From an uncultured virus (IMG/VR IMGVR_UViG_3300027917_000045) (lineage: Duplodnaviria > Heunggongvirae > Uroviricota > Caudoviricetes): DNA of 64,000 bases. Numbering within the stretch: position 1 is the first letter of the stretch; each line of letters opens with the position of its first letter. The translations under genes were made by a program, and so were the position numbers. Below are positions 13,601-20,793 of this stretch, piece after piece. The notes beneath the pieces were generated by a model that ran no database searches, was not told where the DNA came from, and saw only the letters and a list, made by a program, of their open reading frames with translations. Where the stretch lies: IMG/VR virus record IMGVR_UViG_3300027917_000045; one strand, 5' to 3'.

Positions 13601-13772
13601 CAAAGAGGGTGTCGCTGAAGCGTGGCGCTCTGCCCATGAACAAGGCATTGTAATTGGTAACGAAGAGATTAACCGCCAGCTCAAGAACATCCAACAGGAT
13701 GCTGAGCGTACACTACGCCAGAACGTGACATCCGAAATACGGCACCGAGAGTGGCGTAGAGGCGGCATTTGA
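4695..13772 (+). CDS. Giant (3025 aa) internal virion/DNA ejection protein, large polyvalent protein-like
   Basis: Very long ORF at the end of the virion module. C-terminal ...VRETQFQY...LLQFKPF... region resembles podovirus ejection proteins. Confidence 0.6.
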   Translation: MSNGQDDRGDNTLRPYPNINLSAAEIIALEGERLRREGEEPTDTEGEGKEKLSGKALEYRHQANRFLQAFVDAHETINPTGRAVRRYKGVVPVIKKGGILSTTGPMPAITGAFNATIGNLFGWEIEPEQVTLSPDEVINAVGGLVNKLFGLIGIGTDVEIIGGPVPKDPHVWNITDPRIIPQRELTPEEKQIRYINRLAAAISSGAQTLGNVEMDVVSGELAPPLDNTEKILDMVGGEIPLILATVGLAGPMQKVAGRAVTGMLGAESIAAKGEAMIGKQLARAGSRGRVLNTIMQGRRFTGLAETEAGVELLKARAGEAYVKQMGQWLGLDFPITVGFAASEILGEDTLHRITEGHGIPASDALKTMALFGAFGAGFGLAFRPGSPRHLARFATELSSEISAGSFRNVPKGFRMAGRVFEGTSPKGTPMWRWQKGVEVGGKKVGGKKAPSPAVEEIGAYFDDLFNRASTAYKTGTEEAVQEATEKSASYKQVLEQFDSEANAIHFSAAKYATTARNNFLRPASPHKRVPWEEVDARINDLHNIYADQRLPIGERTEAMGEIIALRKAYNMPYEEMANGIPLSAEEAAYRYVVNENNPTQLAKIADGLASSDPVVAARIRQFLAEGFPETETKAVAARLKKSVGLNSRGVSRDVGYLWDAEGNRMVPITDSKFGMVRARVVSGPKEGKIVSVNLNEVSIEPPAGHTVTLKDREGFFIAESMPAGKNTAVVRNMNNPDEVFEIPYSAIEEISPPPTSNPIAEAQMESQAKMVMEASETAPVPAQEVSLRGEPVELVEAGSATAKVKTKRGQETVPLEDVKRSTRNKPKTKAQNEQDMGRTDVGSEVVDFVPATRPDTNHRILFTVMPNEEAATFRAAWEAGDVEAVKTLMAKWNAHVVPPMGLRDDWKMFGIEIPSAELNSKMYTKKARAMLAKLNDAEGKIDWQGKLGSPVNIGENAENVYRTGKLYDITYDMWGKTVRNTLDVNTMDPAVQTEYLRKTLDMSESLHTPLEKQATAVRGAKKAKRASRKNDQRAQERTARRMEHAAEENYHRERAAIAADEVEEVQNRILSDLEVEEARFDALAAEGIGVEAEGAAIVARTRKPGPPPTAAEIEQARADMLTAQGIGVEAEAPIAGTGRARRAAIERVEKEESWADWGDIIKSQGVDDNPMVLLHEDTVERLFIHRASRNTFRTELVGESGNVLSTKEMDLTGLIDFAQGRGFKPTLFRTDKTSGLWVHTTQSGRANRTTATITEVDGGFKAQQVETIEVPRAVKVPPSGEIVPVKETRIAQHTLSREGVEVVGANKAGDRYFVRVRDPAVRNKFATPSEGLQLLKRGGPTKARVARDKLSVPVEEFEPGVPREGFLRTEGRLQIVEGPLQGMTPEVKAQQLRVFTTGELLPAGTVVQREVGGAVFQTREAAEKWLVKEGFKYEKGPYMVRQRESSYGRQWTDDLEGWWEDLPIAFKDPAVLSDKMALRAMLKDNENSFTELLRGYIWRDGRIPPELSDDAAQFVDLWIKEFGDVDLPFTADLRRAIGTPGIKDIGPASMRTVAPEDELQDWIVETTSNLLEANPQYKWFQTGKAGAKKHGATAARVPHQGTYYGSVRYAKTNPKLGILRSARKHEEMLGDITAGTGYHAAAPNPTYPDEMASSLMGGQRFGRLKTEGGRAVEVVHYPMEGTEAVVRIPSSGRTKTVPKSALDEAEFGMKWGPNMKGRALAVEGAPAREFFERPDPIGFGAVEAKIGLEGVEDPVQVAVGIANHVKELAKNIRVRKNGAFITDPKNTDALIEAYSRTQELPLFWDQTTKAWKHPLEVLDASMPKRLRKPLKMATYYRELAKAKEHPHAELIALSKAGALSPQQRELLHAWTKDMRNMIASPSKRKLTDYEAMQFLIEHEAIDPVATAYVREMREAGAIGKWLDEAGIGNDMLLCTSPCKSIRFSRSKLIDINWFDKWMGVSWKVFNKHPVSKYFDDMVREFADTERRELMNNLQVSALLTQRGYTTKDLRTVKKLIQKHGFDWDAAEAGGANTKYQGAFELLNTEFDNKLKRIKTFLIKREAEPIRWDPAAEKAAEQRTVLEAQGINFDKIGDDFLIMPGHSRPDIGFNLPKMGRRSEERIHQFLDMQETFGKDITKVPQHVKDEIIALGDDWMLDQWDFWGRWGRDNFWPLVHSGQFAVEYEGTLVAWTQSYDDAFAAIRHLIKQSGAGETIGEYSAMGNWNINLSQWVPDEIYARHMKGKDFQKFAKLMGEHLETGPDEIRAVITRQDKLPPGMKPGSIVHAFERKANLEPLFDDPMTEYLVYSARVERALFKQRVGEAYERAVADKAFDHALSARAELPPLHRMTNLKKAVGEAYLRAIGEYTGGDAFADGVVGYFEWLRITPQELARRGGKAVGIGTEAAYPEMALGDILNPMRGSKVFQQKYLARKRASEAIAFQSNFRLFGSLSSAFANASQFWVNVPSVLVRDGQWGMTKAMQESIKAYKDANEVFFRTAFKAGPNLEASIKKLPEDLQQFAAMADELGIAAMPGKHMVGADYAGIGDLYNMVPNALLTDTKRDLMWKWTKTLGMTPFNGAERTNRMATMIVGYRKGLAHGLDDNAARQYAKNMVRETQFQYDEISMPLGFTKLGPAGRMLLQFKPFVANQLGFEKDLVMKAFINPATGKAGIDAKAVQALATHWAMYSVWGGIRGIAASPAIAALGLPYFLMTGKRPDQLLMGMLRKSRNSKREPWEKFTDSHKALSSDILWYGLPALGRMSLGNRVGVSGQELMNFWEIPGIFGPHGSIFADVFSAYKGYARTKGSWLGVGGGIAGAVAPSLLPSVGGGFVKKVMPLGRVGGGLLGASAATGKLPGVDLFHYPNPFYEFLEKEPQGKALSRRAVPTLLRNFIRSVEIMNTGAVRDMEFRPNYITADDKTEAMVAALFGVQTVSAEERNAALGLLFSEAALYDNTKKTLVERIARATAEGDKEGVAEAWRSAHEQGIVIGNEEINRQLKNIQQDAERTLRQNVTSEIRHREWRRGGI

Positions 13773-13797
13773 CGAACGGCGAATTAGCCGATAGGTT
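13769..13797 (+). promoter_or_regulatory. Sigma70-type promoter for the lysis genes
   Basis: TTGACG-17 nt-TAGGTT; the -10 hexamer is identical to that of the promoter at 27264. Confidence 0.55.
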
Positions 13798-13865
13798 GTT
13801 GCGAGTCGGGGGCGCATCCGTGCCCCCAGACGAGCACATAACTCTTTACGTAAAGGAGATTTAGG

Positions 13866-14360
13866 ATGGATTACCCGAGTGTGTTGGACACCGCTGAAGA
13901 TTATGTTGTAGCGGTGACAATTGCGACAGAAGTAGGGCCTGACTCAACCAAGGAAGAGAGGATGGCGGTGGCCTCGGTGATCTGGAACCGAGCGCGGCAC
14001 AGTCATATCTCACCCTTGAGGGTTGTGATGGCACCCAAGCAGTTCTCAGGTGTGCTCAAGGAGTACTGGGGTAGGTACCTCAGTGGGGAGAGCATGGAGC
14101 TATTGACGCAACAGTGCTACAACGAGTGGCGTCACCTGAAGGAGAGCGGTGGTGCGGCTGCTACTCTACCCAGACATATCCGTTGGTACTACTCCCCTAT
14201 CTCTATGACGCCCAAGAACAGAGCCCCGGGCTGGACCAAGGAGCTAACGTACCACGAGACTCCCGACATTGATAACTCACGGTTCCGTTTCTATGGTGAC
14301 CCCTCTGCTGAGCTAGCAGACTCACCGAAGGACTGGAAGACAGAGACCAATGTTTTCTAA
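13866..14360 (+). CDS. Cell wall hydrolase, SleB/Hydrolase_2 family
   Basis: IATEVG...MAVASVIWNR...VVMAPKQFS...FY motif pattern; AAGGAG SD. Confidence 0.8.
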   Translation: MDYPSVLDTAEDYVVAVTIATEVGPDSTKEERMAVASVIWNRARHSHISPLRVVMAPKQFSGVLKEYWGRYLSGESMELLTQQCYNEWRHLKESGGAAATLPRHIRWYYSPISMTPKNRAPGWTKELTYHETPDIDNSRFRFYGDPSAELADSPKDWKTETNVF

Positions 14361-14997
14361 CATCAAGACTATTACAGTCGTAGCTATAGTGGCCCTGATC
14401 GTCGGGATCGGGACCACTTACCTACAGGGTAGAGATGAACGTGTTAGGCGTGAGGCATTGATCGAACAGCAGCAAGAGGAGATCCTTGACCTCCAATTGA
14501 ATATCGGACGATTAAAAGGAGAGAAGATTTATGCAGACAGTACACACACAGTCGAGCGAGACTCACTCGAACGGGTCATCAAAGCCAGCCTCGTCGTTGC
14601 TGACCGCACGGGAGAGGATGTGGACTCTATATTTGGGCTACTGCGAGAAACGGTGTCTGTCTCCATCAGACCAACTATTCAGGCGGTGGAGGAGCGTCAT
14701 AGAGCGCAGGTTGGGGCGTTACGAAGCGTCATCAAGGCCCAAGAGCGTGAGATCTCTTTACTTACCACGAGGCTACAGGTCTCGGAGCTATTGATCGCGG
14801 CACAGGATTCAGTGATTGACCTACAGGAACAGGTCAACGAGACTCTTGTTGCAGGTCCGAGCTTCACAGAGAAGCTGGCTGTAGACTTCGGGCCTCCCTT
14901 GGCGGCGGGTGTGATGACCTACGCCTTCACCGAAGACTTTGTAGCGGCGGGAGTAACCGCTGTTGTGGCATACGGAGTCAAGAAACTACTAGACTAA
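14350..14997 (+). CDS. Membrane-anchored coiled-coil protein (spanin-like)
   Basis: N-terminal TM segment plus coiled coil, located between two muralytic enzymes. Confidence 0.45.
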   Translation: MFSNIKTITVVAIVALIVGIGTTYLQGRDERVRREALIEQQQEEILDLQLNIGRLKGEKIYADSTHTVERDSLERVIKASLVVADRTGEDVDSIFGLLRETVSVSIRPTIQAVEERHRAQVGALRSVIKAQEREISLLTTRLQVSELLIAAQDSVIDLQEQVNETLVAGPSFTEKLAVDFGPPLAAGVMTYAFTEDFVAAGVTAVVAYGVKKLLD

Positions 14998-14998
14998 C

Positions 14999-15559
14999 AT
15001 GCTAGAACGGCTGATCTGGGCCGTGAGCAGCTTCATTGTGGGGCTGTCTCTGGCCCTCTCGCTTATTGGAAACCCACCTCGGGCTTATTGGAAACATGAC
15101 CCTAGGTTGGGTATCGTTATGACTATGTATGATAGTGTACAGTATGAGAACAAGGTACTACGTTTGGCTGTCGAGTACGGGGCACCCTCATTTGAGGTCG
15201 CAAAGCTGGTCTACGATGCCTCAGTTTCGCGCAGAATCAGCCCTGAATTGGCTTTCTCCTTAATCAGAGTAGAGAGTGCTTGGAAAGAGGAGATAGTCTC
15301 TTATGCGGGGGCTGTGGGCCTAACTCAGGTTATGCCTGCGACTGGTATGGAGACCTGCGGTGCTGCCCGAGATGACCTGTTTGTGGCAGCTATTAACGTG
15401 CCCTGCGGGTTGGACTATCTTGGACAAATGCTGGACAGATTCGACGGGGATACGGTACGTGCCCTGCTGGCCTACAACGCTGGCCCTTCCAAGGCACGCC
15501 GCCCTGATTACTGGAACCCTTACCCTGATAAGGTACTAGGAGGAATAGCTAATGACTGA
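14999..15559 (+). CDS. Lytic transglycosylase (SLT domain) with N-terminal TM/signal
   Basis: LIRVESAW, GAVGLTQVMPATG and ALLAYNAGP motifs. Confidence 0.9.
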   Translation: MLERLIWAVSSFIVGLSLALSLIGNPPRAYWKHDPRLGIVMTMYDSVQYENKVLRLAVEYGAPSFEVAKLVYDASVSRRISPELAFSLIRVESAWKEEIVSYAGAVGLTQVMPATGMETCGAARDDLFVAAINVPCGLDYLGQMLDRFDGDTVRALLAYNAGPSKARRPDYWNPYPDKVLGGIAND

Positions 15560-15842
15560 GTGGTGTATCGTATTTATTGCGCTGTTCTGCGTGCTAGTTA
15601 TTGCTAGTCTGTTTTATGCGAGCTTCACTAACGCAGAGATCGAAGAGTTGAAGGAGCGTAACGAGTGGTTGAGTACTAACAACCAACAATGCGCCAAGAG
15701 AAACAACGAACTGTATCACATGCTACAAAACAGAGAGGTTCAGATAACTAGTCTGGAACACAGTCTTGCAGATGCTAACAGCAGGGAAGTGGAGTTGTCT
15801 CGGAAGTTGCTCGCAGCTACTCCGACACCTGACCAGTTATAA
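15552..15842 (+). CDS. Membrane-anchored coiled-coil protein
   Basis: N-terminal hydrophobic segment; GGAGG SD. Confidence 0.55.
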   Translation: MTEWCIVFIALFCVLVIASLFYASFTNAEIEELKERNEWLSTNNQQCAKRNNELYHMLQNREVQITSLEHSLADANSREVELSRKLLAATPTPDQL

Positions 15843-15880
15843 TTAATTAATATTAATATATAATATATATAATAAGAATA
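15837..15880. other. Almost pure A/T tract (candidate origin/unwinding element)
   Basis: ttataattaattaatattaatatataatatatataataagaata, located between the lysis and replication modules. Confidence 0.4.
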
Positions 15881-15896
15881 GAGAGATGAGAGTACT

Positions 15897-16646
15897 GTGG
15901 TATTACCAAGAACAACCAAGGCCGTCTGGGCTGAGATAGAACGATATGAACAAGACAACTCCGACCTCCCCGAGAGGACGAGGAGGATTATGGCCTTGGC
16001 TGTTGTGGCTCCGAAGTTTCCCAAGGCCCTCATGGCTGAGGCTATGGGAGAGACTGGTACGCTCGGATACAGGGACAAGGCATGGAGATGGTGGAATGTC
16101 TTACAATTGGCAGGTATTGAGCAGCATTGGGATGGCTTTCGAGAGCGTGCGTCACAAGTTGGCGGCAGCATTTGGCAGGCATCTCGTTGGCTACGGTCTC
16201 AAGTGTCACCTGAACAATACGACTTGTTCCTACGTAGAGCCGGATCTAATCCGTATCACTCTCACAATAAGTCTAAAGGAACTAAAGTATGGACGAAGGG
16301 TGGAACATGGGACAGAAGATCAGGTGCTACCAAAATACTCGTCCTTGGAGAATCTTTGGGGGCACGGCACCCCGATGCGTATCGTTCCGTGGTACGGTAT
16401 GTGGGACGTTTGGAGACAGAGCTATATCGGCTGGCCAAGCCAGATGAGGTAGGGCGAGTAGCTTGTCTGTACATAGCAGTCAACTACTTACACGCTAGGA
16501 CACTGGAGCTGCTAGGTTGGGAGAAGAGAGGACTGGACCGTTGGTCACTGGCTGCATGGTTCTTCATGGAGCCTATACGTAACTACCAACCTGACGGTAC
16601 CATAACGAAAAGAGGAAACAGAAGATGGGAGAAGTGGGCGCAGTAG
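15897..16646 (+). CDS. Hypothetical protein (first gene of the replication block)
   Basis: 249-aa Trp/Arg-rich ORF; no recognised motif. Confidence 0.55.
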   Translation: MVLPRTTKAVWAEIERYEQDNSDLPERTRRIMALAVVAPKFPKALMAEAMGETGTLGYRDKAWRWWNVLQLAGIEQHWDGFRERASQVGGSIWQASRWLRSQVSPEQYDLFLRRAGSNPYHSHNKSKGTKVWTKGGTWDRRSGATKILVLGESLGARHPDAYRSVVRYVGRLETELYRLAKPDEVGRVACLYIAVNYLHARTLELLGWEKRGLDRWSLAAWFFMEPIRNYQPDGTITKRGNRRWEKWAQ

Positions 16647-17197
16647 ACCTCGTTGAGGAGACGATGGGGTTACTACAAAACAAACCACCTGTACTGATAG
16701 GGTGTGTACGCCGTAATGAGTGGCATGGGTGGGACAACATCTGGAAACTGATTCGAGGGAATGCAATATTACAATGTATAGGGGAGCGAGTGGCGGTGAA
16801 GTACCCACTCGGCGTGTTCGTTGTATGGCTACGTGAAAACCGTGAAGACGCTTACGATGTTCTACAGTTTCGTGGTGGTCCTTACAGGTATTGGTGGGAT
16901 CAGGACTGCCGTAATCTAGCTTCTCTTGTAAGCGTTTATACATCGTTGAATATCACCGGGACCGTGCTGTTCCACGAGTTTGACAACGTACTTCGCACAC
17001 GTTATTATCCGCGCCCCGCTGATTCAAAAGCGGTGGTGGAAGCACTCATGCTTCATTACCACAGTGGAACTGAGGAAAGTCCGATTCGTCTCAAGAAGGA
17101 TACACAACAAGGCAGAGTATACTGCTACAACTGTCCAGTGAAACAACGCTGTGACGCTAAGGACATGGAACTCGGTGAGACTACAGACTGGCCATAG
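16625..17197 (+). CDS. Degenerate PD-(D/E)XK/Cas4-like protein
   Basis: C-terminal CYNCPVKQRC (CxxC-x5-C) as in Cas4/AddB-type Fe-S nucleases; catalytic motif not evident. Confidence 0.45.
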   Translation: MGEVGAVDLVEETMGLLQNKPPVLIGCVRRNEWHGWDNIWKLIRGNAILQCIGERVAVKYPLGVFVVWLRENREDAYDVLQFRGGPYRYWWDQDCRNLASLVSVYTSLNITGTVLFHEFDNVLRTRYYPRPADSKAVVEALMLHYHSGTEESPIRLKKDTQQGRVYCYNCPVKQRCDAKDMELGETTDWP

Positions 17198-17206
17198 GAG
17201 ATAGGG

Positions 17207-18235
17207 ATGATTACCGAACACGCAGTAGTCGATGGGGAAACGTACCAAGACATATCAGAGTTTGACGCAGACGCAGACAGGTGGAGTTCGAGCAAGTCAG
17301 GGCTGTGGGGTAAGTGCCCTACCGCTGGCTACTACGGACACACACTCAACCTCACAAGTGAGGAAGAGTCACCACCTCTGTATTCAGGTAAGGCACTTCA
17401 CGTAGGACTTGAGACTTACTACGTCTCAGGAGACAGAGACTTGGCGCTGGCACAGATGGCTGAATCGTTCGGTGAACGTGACCAGCTGCCTCCCGGCCAC
17501 AAGTATTCACACCTCAACCTTGGTCACTTGGAGGTGGTATTTCAGAACTACATGGACTGGGCTGATCGTAGAGATCACTTCGAGGTAATCGCTGCCTCAC
17601 TAGAAGACCTCTCACTTGAGGGTGAGGGTTGGCGTGTGTGTGGTGCTCGCTTCAAGGTCTATGAGGAGACAGGGGAGATCCTCTTCGGTGAGTCCAAGGT
17701 TGTGTTTGGAGTGGAGCCAGACCCAGCGTGGGGTATGCAGGGTGACGACAAGTTGTTCAAGATCACGGTGATCCCTGATATGCCTATCGACTTGGGTGGT
17801 GGCTTCTACGTGCTCGACCACAAGAGCACCAACGGTTACTTGAGCGACTGGTACTTCTCACAGTACAAGCTCTCTAATCAACTTCGTATCTACTGCTGGT
17901 CTGTCCAGAAGTTGATCGAAGCGATGGATATTCGAGTCAACGGCGCATTGATCAACGGGCTGTACATGGGTGATCGGGCCAGCCTCAGCGAGTTCAAGGG
18001 TACACGCTTTGCTCGCTTCGGTCCCATGCTGTTCCAGCCTGCACACCTCACTGAGTCACTCATTAATCACTACTACTGGTCCAAGACCAAAGAGTACTAT
18101 GATAGTATCAAGTACTACCCACAGAATGCAGGCCGCTCGTGCCAAGGGTGCAGTTACGCACCGCTATGCACAGCAGCCCCAAAGATGCGTAAGGGCATTA
18201 TTTCACAACAGTATAAAGTAGAGGAGAGACATTGA
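17207..18235 (+). CDS. PD-(D/E)XK Cas4/RecB-like exonuclease
   Basis: SSS..W.KCP, GKALH, PD...VLDHKST, QLRIY and C-terminal CQGCSYAPLC. Confidence 0.85.
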   Translation: MITEHAVVDGETYQDISEFDADADRWSSSKSGLWGKCPTAGYYGHTLNLTSEEESPPLYSGKALHVGLETYYVSGDRDLALAQMAESFGERDQLPPGHKYSHLNLGHLEVVFQNYMDWADRRDHFEVIAASLEDLSLEGEGWRVCGARFKVYEETGEILFGESKVVFGVEPDPAWGMQGDDKLFKITVIPDMPIDLGGGFYVLDHKSTNGYLSDWYFSQYKLSNQLRIYCWSVQKLIEAMDIRVNGALINGLYMGDRASLSEFKGTRFARFGPMLFQPAHLTESLINHYYWSKTKEYYDSIKYYPQNAGRSCQGCSYAPLCTAAPKMRKGIISQQYKVEERH

Positions 18236-18236
18236 G

Positions 18237-19241
18237 ATGGTTGAGATTAGGAAGGCTAATGACCTTTCACCTCACTCTGGCCTTAGCTTGGTGGTGGCTG
18301 GCCCCCCGGGTACCGGTAAAAGCTGGTTCCTTGGAACGATGGCAGAAACGGGTCCGACGCTACTCATCGCTACGTTGTCGAGGGAAGTGAACTCGGTAAA
18401 CTACCAGAGAAACAACGTGGATGTTGTGCTGTTGGAGGACCTAGGTTGGATGCCCAGCCTTGATCCACCCAGATACGAGGCTACGGCATTCGCTGACTTC
18501 TTGCAGTTGATCAACGATCTATACGATGATGATTACTACAAGAATGTCATCATTGACTCTGGCACAGAGCTGGCTGAGGCTGCGTGGCATGAGGCGTTGA
18601 AGCCTCACGGTGTCGCTAGCCCTGCCGACATGGAAGACAAACGGTCTCGTTGGCTACCATACGAGACGCTGGACATCCTGCTAGATCAAGCGATCAAGTC
18701 GGCTGTCTCGCTGACTAAGCTAAGCGTGAAGCCCAAAAACGTGGGTATTGCTTGGCACGTACAACCCCCGAAGGACGACACCTACGACTCAAGTACCAGC
18801 ACTACCAAGAAGTCCGCTGATCACAAGTCTGAGGGTGTAGAGTACGAGGGGAAGGTCCTACCCATGATTCGTGGTAGGTTTCGTAGGCGTCTGGCTGCAC
18901 AGGTGGACGCTTACATTTACACGGACATAAAATGGGAGGTTGAGGAAGGAAAGAAAGCAGGAAAGAAGGAGCGCAGTGCAAACTTCGTGGTGCAGGTTTC
19001 ACCCCATCAGGACAGACACACTAAACTGCCGGGGCCACTACCTGCAAAGAAATTCATACCCAACGACTTCTCTACTTTTATGGGGTTGATTGAGGAGATC
19101 ATCCACCATCCTGAAGGGATAGTCGTACCAGAGGAGAAACCAGTAAGTGAACCCAGTACAACTAAGCCTGCCGCTAGGAAACCTAGTACCTCCAAGAAAA
19201 AGGGAGGGACAACCAGAAAGCGCAGGCTCAAGGGCTCCTAG
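18237..19241 (+). CDS. AAA_24/Sak4-like ATPase (recombinase)
   Basis: Walker A GPPGTGKS, Walker B VIIDSGT, IAWH motif; lies between the exonuclease and SSB-like genes. Confidence 0.8.
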   Translation: MVEIRKANDLSPHSGLSLVVAGPPGTGKSWFLGTMAETGPTLLIATLSREVNSVNYQRNNVDVVLLEDLGWMPSLDPPRYEATAFADFLQLINDLYDDDYYKNVIIDSGTELAEAAWHEALKPHGVASPADMEDKRSRWLPYETLDILLDQAIKSAVSLTKLSVKPKNVGIAWHVQPPKDDTYDSSTSTTKKSADHKSEGVEYEGKVLPMIRGRFRRRLAAQVDAYIYTDIKWEVEEGKKAGKKERSANFVVQVSPHQDRHTKLPGPLPAKKFIPNDFSTFMGLIEEIIHHPEGIVVPEEKPVSEPSTTKPAARKPSTSKKKGGTTRKRRLKGS

Positions 19242-19291
19242 CGCCCAGTTGGAGTTGTTTAAAGAACCTAACTACCATCAATTCAAGGAGA

Positions 19292-19909
19292 TTGAGGATG
19301 AGAGTACCAAACGCAGTAGTCCAGAATCGCCCTAGCCCGTTCCCGGCAGGCACTTACTTCGGTAAGATTCAGGAAGTAAATGACCGTAGGAACGAGGACG
19401 AGACATGGATCATGTTGACTATCGTGTTCAACGAGGTCACACCCGCAGATGACGACTCCCCCGAAGTGGGAGCGCGTCCGTATCGTTTCCGTCCCACCAT
19501 CGTCAACAACGGTGTTGCGATTTGGGACATTGAGGAGTTCACGGAAGACACTGACTTCCGGCTCCGTCAGTCGGCTGGCCTGTTGGCGCAGTTGGCACTC
19601 GCACTAGGCGCAGCCAAAGTTCTGAGTAATCAGGACGTTGACTTCGACGCAGAGTCCTTCTGCGATGACCTAATTGGAGAGGTGTTCGTAGGTGAAGAAG
19701 TCATGGTGACCGTCAACAACCGCCCGTACAAGGCGAGAGACGGTTCTGATCGTGTGGATGACGGACCCTCTGCTTTTGCCGCACTCGATGAGGGTGAGGA
19801 AGAGGTGGAAGAGGTGGATGAGGTCGAAGACGAGGACACTGAAGAAGAGGAAGAGGAAGAGGAAGAGTCACCGAAGCCTCGTCCTCGTAAGATCACTAAA
19901 CGTAAATAA
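19292..19909 (+). CDS. Putative single-stranded DNA-binding protein
   Basis: PFPAGTY start, OB-like beta pattern and long acidic tail; follows the Sak4-like gene. Confidence 0.65.
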   Translation: MRMRVPNAVVQNRPSPFPAGTYFGKIQEVNDRRNEDETWIMLTIVFNEVTPADDDSPEVGARPYRFRPTIVNNGVAIWDIEEFTEDTDFRLRQSAGLLAQLALALGAAKVLSNQDVDFDAESFCDDLIGEVFVGEEVMVTVNNRPYKARDGSDRVDDGPSAFAALDEGEEEVEEVDEVEDEDTEEEEEEEEESPKPRPRKITKRK

Positions 19910-19922
19910 CGTCGAGAACCCC

Positions 19923-20009
19923 CCCGTGTCTTACTGGGAACGCGGGATACAACACCAGTAAGTCTGTTCACTCTTCTTGTAACACAGGTTCGGCACGGGA
20001 CCCGCACCA
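19923..20009 (+). ncRNA. Candidate structured intergenic RNA with pseudoknot
   Basis: P1 CCCGTGTC/GGCACGGG; P2 TTACTGG/CCAGTAA; loop GCGGG is complementary to CCCGC just 3' of P1. Confidence 0.4.
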
Positions 20010-20027
20010 CTTTAACCGGAGAGCACA

Positions 20028-20486
20028 ATGCTAGGTAATGGCCCTAGAGTTATTGTTTATATAGCAGGACCAATCAGTAAAGGACTGATGTTCAAGAACC
20101 TAGAGCAGGCGTTTGTTGCAGCTAACGAACTCCTGCTCGCTGGGTTCTCGCCTTACGTACCACACCTCACGGTGTTCTGGAACTGGATCTACCCACCCCG
20201 CAAACAGAAGTCTCCCTACTTTGGAGACCATGACCTGTGGTTGCCGTATGACCGTGCGTTCCTCGACGCCTCCGACTGCCTGCTCAGACTAGATGGGTAC
20301 TCGTTAGGTGCAGACCTAGAGGTAGAGTACATGATTAAGGAAGGGAAGCCTGTATTTAGCAAGGTGCAGGACTTGATAGACTATTACGAACCTTATAGAG
20401 AGAAGGAGAGCAAGGATGTCGGTAAGCATGGAGTGGATGAGCAAGAAGATGAACGAGGTCTTCGGAGAGTGCAGGAAGCTTCGTGA
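20028..20486 (+). CDS. DUF4406/nucleoside 2-deoxyribosyltransferase-like protein
   Basis: VYIAGPIS...SPYVPH...CDCLLRL-like...SLGADLE pattern. Confidence 0.75.
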   Translation: MLGNGPRVIVYIAGPISKGLMFKNLEQAFVAANELLLAGFSPYVPHLTVFWNWIYPPRKQKSPYFGDHDLWLPYDRAFLDASDCLLRLDGYSLGADLEVEYMIKEGKPVFSKVQDLIDYYEPYREKESKDVGKHGVDEQEDERGLRRVQEAS

Positions 20487-20787
20487 ACAAGGACAGAAAG
20501 AATACGCCCATAAGGTTGACAACTCGTTCCGTAACTTTGAGGCGCTTGCGTCGGAACTAGAGCTAGACCGTAAGTTTGTACTCTGGATCTACTTCCGTAA
20601 GCATGTAGACGGGATCAAGGCGTACATCACAGGGCACAAGTCTCAGCGTGAAGATGTACGTGGTAGGATCAATGATGCTATCGTGTACCTGTGTCTGCTT
20701 AGGGGTATGCTTGATGAAGAGGAGTCACCACCACAGGCCAAGTTTACTCCCGATGTGTACCTTAATAACGAGTCTTGGGTTGGTTAA
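20416..20787 (+). CDS. Nucleotide modification-associated domain (Nmad1/DUF1599-like) protein
   Basis: KEYA...FRNF...KH...RINDAIVYLCLL pattern. Confidence 0.6.
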   Translation: MSVSMEWMSKKMNEVFGECRKLREQGQKEYAHKVDNSFRNFEALASELELDRKFVLWIYFRKHVDGIKAYITGHKSQREDVRGRINDAIVYLCLLRGMLDEEESPPQAKFTPDVYLNNESWVG

Positions 20788-20793
20788 ACGGTA

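Noticed and set aside
19942..20009. tRNA gene (GCGGG...CCCGC ACCA)
   Set aside because: Only 68 nt with a 5-bp terminal pairing and no proper D, anticodon or T arms.
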